Source: Clostridia bacterium
Lineage (GTDB): Bacteria > Bacillota > Clostridia > Christensenellales > UBA1242
Reading direction: 5' to 3'
Length of the DNA stretch: 64,000 bases
NCBI GenBank assembly: GCA_017541375.1
Contig: JAFXZE010000007.1
Location: 128,989-192,988, forward strand
The notes beneath the pieces were generated by a model that saw only the letters and a list, made by a program, of their open reading frames with translations, made no database searches and was not told where the DNA came from. This document shows positions 58,175 through 64,000 of this stretch, one piece after another (position 1 is the first letter of the stretch; each line of letters starts with the position of its first letter). The position numbers and the translations under genes were made by a program.

Positions 58175-59298
58175 TTTTCTCTCCCCATAGCATGACATAA
58201 CTCCACTGCTCTGTCTAGCATTAAATCTCGCCCCTCTTGTAACGCAAGAACAGTGTGACTAACTAATTCGTCTGGTCTGTTCGTAGTATTATCGGGCAAA
58301 TTAAACGCATCTTTTAAATTATATAATTCTGTGGTTACCTTAAAACTATATTTGCCACATACATTTTCAAAAAACATAGTTGAGCCATAAGTGATTAGTG
58401 GTTGAGCCATATTCTCCCCTACCAACTTAAAACCCAATTCTTTCAAGCTTAGTGCCGCACATATTCCTGAAGCAAATGTACCATTATCTACTAATGCGAC
58501 TCCTGAGCAATGTTTTTCTCGCAAAACTGCGGCAATATTTTTATCAAAAACCGCACTGTCTCCTCCATCATTACTCCGCAAATCCACTACTACATTGCTT
58601 CCTTGCTTGATGACATTTACATCGGCAAGAAAGTTATCCCAATTACCGAATCCCTCTTTGCAAATACCATATCTAATGATAGGAATATTATTCAAATTCT
58701 TCACATCATAAAAATATCTATTTCCAAGCGGCTTTGGCATAGATACCGAGTTACTTTTTGTAGGAAAAGAATACTCTGTAGTATCATCAGCAAATTTTAT
58801 AGAGATGGTATCTCCTGCTTTTACCCCGAGCAATGCTAAAAACTCTGGGTCACTAAGCAGCTTTACCGCTCTATACTGGGACCATTCTTTTGTTTCACTA
58901 GGAATAAGCTTGTAAGCTTTACTGATTAGATGCTCAATATCTTGCCCACCAATACTAATAACTCGAGAAAGAAGTTTATCTTCAAAATCTTTATCGACTT
59001 TGCTTAGATAAACTCCTCTATCACATTTTATAAATCCGACATCAAGCGGCTTGCTTCTAGGATAAAAGAACATAGTATGGGAGTCACCTAATGAAGCAAA
59101 CAAACTACACAAAGCACAATTTACTTGCGTGTCATTATATGATGAAATCCTGTCTTTTAAATACTCTACTTTTTTATCAAACTCAGCCTCGCTTAACTTT
59201 AGATATGGTAGTTTTTCCTCATATTGATGTTCACCTAAAAAGGCTGGGTGATTTTGTTTTAGCATACTAGTTATGATTTCTAACTCTTGAGGCAGCAT
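58171..59298 (-). CDS. S41-family peptidase-like protein (paralogue 2)
   Basis: VVVDLRSNDGGDS and ALVDNGTFASGICAA. About 30 percent identity to the upstream gene by eye, over the whole length. ATG at 59298 follows AGGAGA. Confidence 0.68.
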   Translation of the reverse strand: MLPQELEIITSMLKQNHPAFLGEHQYEEKLPYLKLSEAEFDKKVEYLKDRISSYNDTQVNCALCSLFASLGDSHTMFFYPRSKPLDVGFIKCDRGVYLSKVDKDFEDKLLSRVISIGGQDIEHLISKAYKLIPSETKEWSQYRAVKLLSDPEFLALLGVKAGDTISIKFADDTTEYSFPTKSNSVSMPKPLGNRYFYDVKNLNNIPIIRYGICKEGFGNWDNFLADVNVIKQGSNVVVDLRSNDGGDSAVFDKNIAAVLREKHCSGVALVDNGTFASGICAALSLKELGFKLVGENMAQPLITYGSTMFFENVCGKYSFKVTTELYNLKDAFNLPDNTTNRPDELVSHTVLALQEGRDLMLDRAVELCHAMGREK

Positions 59299-59318
59299 AT
59301 TTTCTCCTAAATGCATTC

Positions 59319-60596
59319 TTATTTGATATTGTTACGCTTATCAATTAGCTTTTGACATACTTGCTTAGCTTTACTTAGCATTTTATCCTCACCCTTAATT
59401 AATGACTTTATGTCATGGGATACAGCAATGTCTGGATCTCTAGTTTGTTTTGGGAGGTCAAACTCTGCATTAAGGTCAAAGTAACTCTGACTAATTCCAT
59501 AACCTATTCTTCTTCCGCCAAACTTTATGCAAGTTTCTTGTGTATTCTCACCATATCGTGCTGCTGGTTGAGCCATCGCTTCACCCACTATAGGATAACC
59601 AATCTTTTTTAAAGCAAAAGCTGCCCAAATTCCTGCAGAAAATACTCCGTTATCAACAAGAGCACATCCTGGCAAATCCTTATCTTTTATAATGGAAACT
59701 ATATAATCAAATCCAGTAGAACTTCCCCCTGTATTTCCACGTAGATCTACTATTACGCCCTTAGCATTTTTCGCGTTTGCTCTTATCTTAGGTAAAAATT
59801 CTTTCCAATATTTTTTAGTTACTTCCAATCGTTCCATATCAAGCTTGGTAAGTTGCTTATCTTTCTTTACCTTATGCTTTATCATCACCTTTCTCACAGC
59901 CTCAACTGATGGCCAACTGTGAGGATAAACTATAGTAAGTATTCCACTTTCATCCAAACTAAGCCCAAATTCATCTGGCATACGCAATACTTCTGGAGTT
60001 GCCACCCACGCAATAGAAGGATTTTGCATGTTGCCCCCATAGAGGGAAGCATAGTCTATCACTATACCACCTTTTTCTAGTTCTACAGCTAAGGAATTTT
60101 CCTTCGCTAACCCAATAGCCTTTGCAAAGTAAGGATGTGATAAGTTTCTCAATGCAGCATATTCCTTCCACTCTTCAGTTTCTCCAGGAATCAAAGATTT
60201 AGCACGCTTGAGCACGGTTTCGATATCCACTCTATCTATACTTTTCACTTCTTTGAGCCAATAGTTATCCCTTTCTTCCTTTGGTAAAGATGCAGGCAAG
60301 CCCACCAGATAAATCTTCTCTCCTATTCTCTTAAATAGAGGTATTTTACAACCTGGCCAAAATACATTAGTGTGAGCATCTCCCAACAAGCCTAAGAGTT
60401 TTGCTAGATATGCATATGCATCAGGAACGGTGTCTATATTTGCTTTCTCGAGCAAAGCATCAGCCTTCTTTTCAAAATTCTCTTTAGTGATATTTAGGTG
60501 ATTTTGAGCATTTCTCTTAAATGCAGGATGAGTGTGCTTCACCTCCGCAATAATCTCTTTTTGTAAAATTTCCATCTCTTCTTTAGATAAAACCAT
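59319..60596 (-). CDS. S41-family peptidase (paralogue 1)
   Basis: 425 aa. RBS AGGAGG. N-terminal HPAF...LGDAHT module. VIVDLRGNTGGSS and ALVDNGVFSAGIWAA (candidate Ser nucleophile). Confidence 0.72.
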   Translation of the reverse strand: MVLSKEEMEILQKEIIAEVKHTHPAFKRNAQNHLNITKENFEKKADALLEKANIDTVPDAYAYLAKLLGLLGDAHTNVFWPGCKIPLFKRIGEKIYLVGLPASLPKEERDNYWLKEVKSIDRVDIETVLKRAKSLIPGETEEWKEYAALRNLSHPYFAKAIGLAKENSLAVELEKGGIVIDYASLYGGNMQNPSIAWVATPEVLRMPDEFGLSLDESGILTIVYPHSWPSVEAVRKVMIKHKVKKDKQLTKLDMERLEVTKKYWKEFLPKIRANAKNAKGVIVDLRGNTGGSSTGFDYIVSIIKDKDLPGCALVDNGVFSAGIWAAFALKKIGYPIVGEAMAQPAARYGENTQETCIKFGGRRIGYGISQSYFDLNAEFDLPKQTRDPDIAVSHDIKSLIKGEDKMLSKAKQVCQKLIDKRNNIK

Positions 60597-60624
60597 TTTA
60601 TTTTCCTCCTATTCTTTTTAATTT

Positions 60625-63315
60625 TTATTCTTGGTCTTTACCACAACAATTTTTATATTTTTTACCACTTCCGCAAGGACATGGGTCATTTCTTCCCACA
60701 GTCTTGTCCGCTTTTACAGCCCCGCCATTAGCCTTATCCCCACCAGAAGTAGTAACAATTTGTGGACCCGGCTCAGGTTTTGGCTGAGGTGCATTTGGTC
60801 TAGCCACAATATTTAGTAAAACTGTACAAGTAAATTCTCTAATGCCATCAATCATTTCATCAAACATTGCAAATCCTTCACGCTTATATGCTACGACAGG
60901 GTCTTGTCGTCCCCATCCTTGGACAGTGATTTCCCTACTGAGTGTACTCATAGCATCAATGTGTTCCATCCAAGATTTATCTACTTTATCAAGTAGCACC
61001 ATTCGCTCTAACGCTGCAAAAGGTATACCCAGTTCTTCAATCTCTTTTTGCTTAGCATCGTATCGCTCCATTACATTATCAAGTACTTTTTGACTCAATT
61101 CTTCATATGTAGTATCCTCTATCATTTCCTTAGTTACAAAATTGCTGCCCTTAGGATAAAGCTTGTCTTCAAGCGATCGGTTAATTTCATCTACATCCCA
61201 CTCAAAGCTTGGTTTGTCTGGGTCAATACCATTGTACACAGCTTTTTGCACTACTTCAGGGAACATTAATCTCACCTGCTCATGTACATCAGCTCCGTCG
61301 AGTATTTTGTTTCTTTCTGCGTAAATAATACCACGTTGTTTGTTCATTACATCATCAAACTCGAGCACATTTCTTCTACTTGCATAGTTTACCGCCTCGA
61401 TCTTCTTTTGAGCTTTTTCGATTAGCATGGTAAGTAATCTATTCCGTATAGCTTGATCATCATCAAGGTGCATTTTATTGGTAAATGACTTTAGCCAAGT
61501 ACCACCAAAACGGTGTACTAAATCATCCTCTAGAGATATAAAGAATACGCTTCGTCCTGGGTCACCTTGACGTCCAGAACGCCCTCTAAGCTGATTATCA
61601 ATACGTCGAGATTCATGGCGCTCTGTACCAATGACAAGCAAACCTCCCACCTCTAGCACCTTTTCTTTTTCGGCATCGGTTTCCTTTTTGTAATGAGCTA
61701 AAAATTTGTCATAATTGTCTTTTGCTTCTTTTACTTTTTCATCCTCAATTGGCAGAAAACTCGTGGCTTGATCAATGACATCTTGCTCATATCCCATTTT
61801 CACTAACTGTGCCTTAGCTAAATACTCGGGGTTACCTCCAAGGAGTATGTCTGTACCACGCCCCGCCATGTTAGTAGCTATTGTCACTGTTTTAAATCTA
61901 CCAGCCTGAGCAACAATTTCTGCTTCTTGGGCATGATGCTTTGCATTCAATACCTTATGTGGTATGCCTCGCTCTTTTAGCATCTCACTTAGATATTCAC
62001 TCTTTTCTATAGTTAGTGTACCTACTAGTACGGGTTGTCCTCTTTCATAAGCCTCTGCTATGCGCTCTACCACAGCCCTAAACTTGCCTTCCATACTAGG
62101 GTAAATGATATCTGTTTCATCCACCCTTATCATAGGAAGATTTGTCGGAATGGTAACAATGTCGAGGTTGTAAATTTTATTAAACTCAATTTCCTCAGTT
62201 TTTGCTGTACCGGTCATACCACTGAGTTTGTTATACATCTTAAAGAAGTTTTGTAGAGTAATGGTTGCAATTGTCAATAATTCATCTTTTATAGTCAATC
62301 CTTCCTTTGCCTCAATCGCTTGGTGCAATCCATTGCTATATCTTCGTCCTTCCATAATACGTCCAGTAAATTGATCTACAATCATTACTTTTCCATCGCG
62401 GACTATATAATCACTCTCTGCCTTCATAATGTAATTAGCTCGCAGAGCATTGAGTATATGTTGGTTTAGCTCAACATTACTAGCGTCACTTAGACTATCC
62501 ACCTTAAAGTATTGTTCTGCCTTTTCAATACCTTCTTCGGTAAGATGTATAGCCTTTCTCTCCTCATCAATAGAATAGTCCACATCACGCTTTAAGTCTC
62601 TAGCAAATTTGTGCGCCTTTACATAAACCTCACTCGACTTAAATCCTCGTCCGCTTATAATCAACGGATTACGAGCTTCATCAATAAGAATTGAGTCCAC
62701 CTCATCTACTATTGCAAAGTGGTATCCTCTTGCCATACGAGCATTTTTATCTCGGACTAAATTATCTCTTAGATAATCAAAGGCGAGTTCGTTATTTGTA
62801 CTATATGTAATGTCACATAAATATGCCTTGCGTTTTTGGTCTGCCGTCATATTTGAGAATGAACACCCCACAGTAAGTCCTAAGAAGCGATACACCTTTC
62901 CCATAATCTCTGCGCCAAGACCAGCAAGATATTCATTTACGGTCACTACATGCACCCCTTTACCAGCTAGAGCATTTAAGTATGCAGGAAGTGTAGCCAC
63001 AATAGTTTTTCCTTCACCAGTCATCATTTCAGCGATTCTACCTTGATGCAACACAACACCACCAACGAGTTGGTAATGAAAGTGTTTCATATTGAGCACT
63101 CGGTAACTAGCCTCTCGTACAACAGCATATGCTTCACACAAAATGTCATCGAGCGTTTCGCCATCAGCAAGTCGCTGTTTAAAGATAGTGGTCTGCGAAC
63201 GCAGAGTATCATTATCCATTGCTTGATACTTCGGTTCTAGATCTTCTATCTGCTTTACAATTTTTTCTAGTTTCTTAAGATTTCTCTTATTATCAGATGC
63301 AAATAATGAAAACAT
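60625..63315 (-). CDS. secA: preprotein translocase ATPase SecA
   Basis: ATG at 63315 lies 8 nt after AGGAG. MTGEGKT Walker A, DEVDSILIDEARNPLIIS, C-terminal zinc finger CPCGSGKKYKNCCG. Confidence 0.97.
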   Translation of the reverse strand: MFSLFASDNKRNLKKLEKIVKQIEDLEPKYQAMDNDTLRSQTTIFKQRLADGETLDDILCEAYAVVREASYRVLNMKHFHYQLVGGVVLHQGRIAEMMTGEGKTIVATLPAYLNALAGKGVHVVTVNEYLAGLGAEIMGKVYRFLGLTVGCSFSNMTADQKRKAYLCDITYSTNNELAFDYLRDNLVRDKNARMARGYHFAIVDEVDSILIDEARNPLIISGRGFKSSEVYVKAHKFARDLKRDVDYSIDEERKAIHLTEEGIEKAEQYFKVDSLSDASNVELNQHILNALRANYIMKAESDYIVRDGKVMIVDQFTGRIMEGRRYSNGLHQAIEAKEGLTIKDELLTIATITLQNFFKMYNKLSGMTGTAKTEEIEFNKIYNLDIVTIPTNLPMIRVDETDIIYPSMEGKFRAVVERIAEAYERGQPVLVGTLTIEKSEYLSEMLKERGIPHKVLNAKHHAQEAEIVAQAGRFKTVTIATNMAGRGTDILLGGNPEYLAKAQLVKMGYEQDVIDQATSFLPIEDEKVKEAKDNYDKFLAHYKKETDAEKEKVLEVGGLLVIGTERHESRRIDNQLRGRSGRQGDPGRSVFFISLEDDLVHRFGGTWLKSFTNKMHLDDDQAIRNRLLTMLIEKAQKKIEAVNYASRRNVLEFDDVMNKQRGIIYAERNKILDGADVHEQVRLMFPEVVQKAVYNGIDPDKPSFEWDVDEINRSLEDKLYPKGSNFVTKEMIEDTTYEELSQKVLDNVMERYDAKQKEIEELGIPFAALERMVLLDKVDKSWMEHIDAMSTLSREITVQGWGRQDPVVAYKREGFAMFDEMIDGIREFTCTVLLNIVARPNAPQPKPEPGPQIVTTSGGDKANGGAVKADKTVGRNDPCPCGSGKKYKNCCGKDQE

Positions 63316-63386
63316 AAAATTCAACTCCTAAAATTAGTTTCGATTATATTATATATCAAAATAAAAAAAATGCCAACCTTTTTTGA

Positions 63387-64000
63387 TTAATTTATAAAAG
63401 ATTTTACATTTTTTAAGTTGCTTTGAGTAGGAATGGAGTAAAAAGCCCTAGCAAAACCCAATACAAGCACTGCTTTTGCCCCATTTTTCTTTAATTCTTT
63501 AGCGCAAAAACTTATAGTTGAGCCCGAAGTTATGACATCATCAATTAATAAAATCGTTTTCCCTTTCAAAAAAGCTTTATATTTATTATCCACCAAAAAA
63601 GCACCTTCAAGATTGGTCCTTCGCTCAATTCCGGAAAGATTTGCTTGTTTTTCTGTATGCTTAATCTTTTGTAATATTTCATTTTCAAAATCCACATGGA
63701 TAATCTCACTCAGCTTTCTTGCAATAAGCTCAGCTTGATTAAATCCACGCTCTTTAAGTGTTTCCTTACTTGATGGCACAGGGACGACCATGTCAACTTT
63801 CCAATTTAAACTCTTTAGTTTTCTCGCCATACAATATGATATTGTATTACTGATATAAGGTTTATTGCCATACTTTAGATTGTATATTATTGTCTTTATT
63901 GCTCCATCATACACAAAGACGGCTCGTGACATATCAAAATCGAACTGATTATTTTGACAATTTAAACAGTATTTTTCTTCAGCAATCAACTTTGCTCCAC
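63387..64000 (-). CDS. comFC: ComF family protein (ComFC, phosphoribosyltransferase-like), 5' end beyond the window
   Basis: CLNC zinc-finger remnant, RGFNQAELIA, PRT motif ILLIDDVITSGST. The frame stays open to the window edge, and the TTG at 63989 is probably internal. Confidence 0.75.
   Translation of the reverse strand, partial: GAKLIAEEKYCLNCQNNQFDFDMSRAVFVYDGAIKTIIYNLKYGNKPYISNTISYCMARKLKSLNWKVDMVVPVPSSKETLKERGFNQAELIARKLSEIIHVDFENEILQKIKHTEKQANLSGIERRTNLEGAFLVDNKYKAFLKGKTILLIDDVITSGSTISFCAKELKKNGAKAVLVLGFARAFYSIPTQSNLKNVKSFIN

Noticed and set aside
57083-58198. I expected the programmed +1 frameshift site (CUU UGA C) that interrupts prfB in many bacteria.
   Set aside because: The RF2 reading frame is continuous from MSLDEIK to the stop. 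The region equivalent to the shift site reads IDSTYDTSS with no in-frame stop. This is a non-frameshifted prfB and not a pseudogene.
63325-63386. A possible terminator between comFC and secA (aaaaaaggttggcattttttt).
   Set aside because: The stem would consist only of A:T pairs around a short GC-poor core. This is not convincing enough to annotate.

Overview
AT-rich chromosomal segment from an endospore-forming Firmicute, probably Clostridia-like. It starts with spoIIGA-sigE-sigG and a YlmC/YmxH gene. From about 13.2 kb onward it is an almost unbroken minus-strand array of tightly packed housekeeping operons: miaA-mutL-mutS-miaB, thiI plus a cysteine desulfurase, a T-box-controlled pheS/pheT, nusA-ylxR-ylxQ-infB-rbfA-nrnA-truB, rseP-cdsA-uppS-frr, ruvCAB, a UDP-GlcNAc operon, tsaD-rimI-prfB, secA and a partial comFC. 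I saw no rRNA, tRNA, CRISPR array, transposase or prophage. All calls rest on motifs read from the supplied translations, RBS spacing and synteny; no homology search was possible. The observations worth a second look: (1) a 373-aa internally duplicated protein of unknown function wedged between pheS and pheT, under the Phe T-box; (2) an accessory operon encoding an LRR-like protein, a transglutaminase-fold Cys-His-Asp protein and a 51-aa Lys/Ser/Cys-rich peptide; (3) two paralogous S41-type peptidases between secA and prfB, the second ATGA-coupled to prfB; (4) a PolC-N-terminal/OB/exonuclease protein with no PHP or polymerase domain at the position polC normally occupies; (5) a GC-rich structured intergenic element in three copies at core/accessory junctions, two of them inverted around ruvCAB, with one compensatory base-pair change; (6) a solitary MmeI-like type IIL R-M gene followed by a hairpin-dense 3' region; (7) a leaderless-looking promoter for a split GlmU operon; (8) an XerS-like recombinase with a long upstream region containing a dif-like 11-6-11 site, near the point where gene orientation converges.
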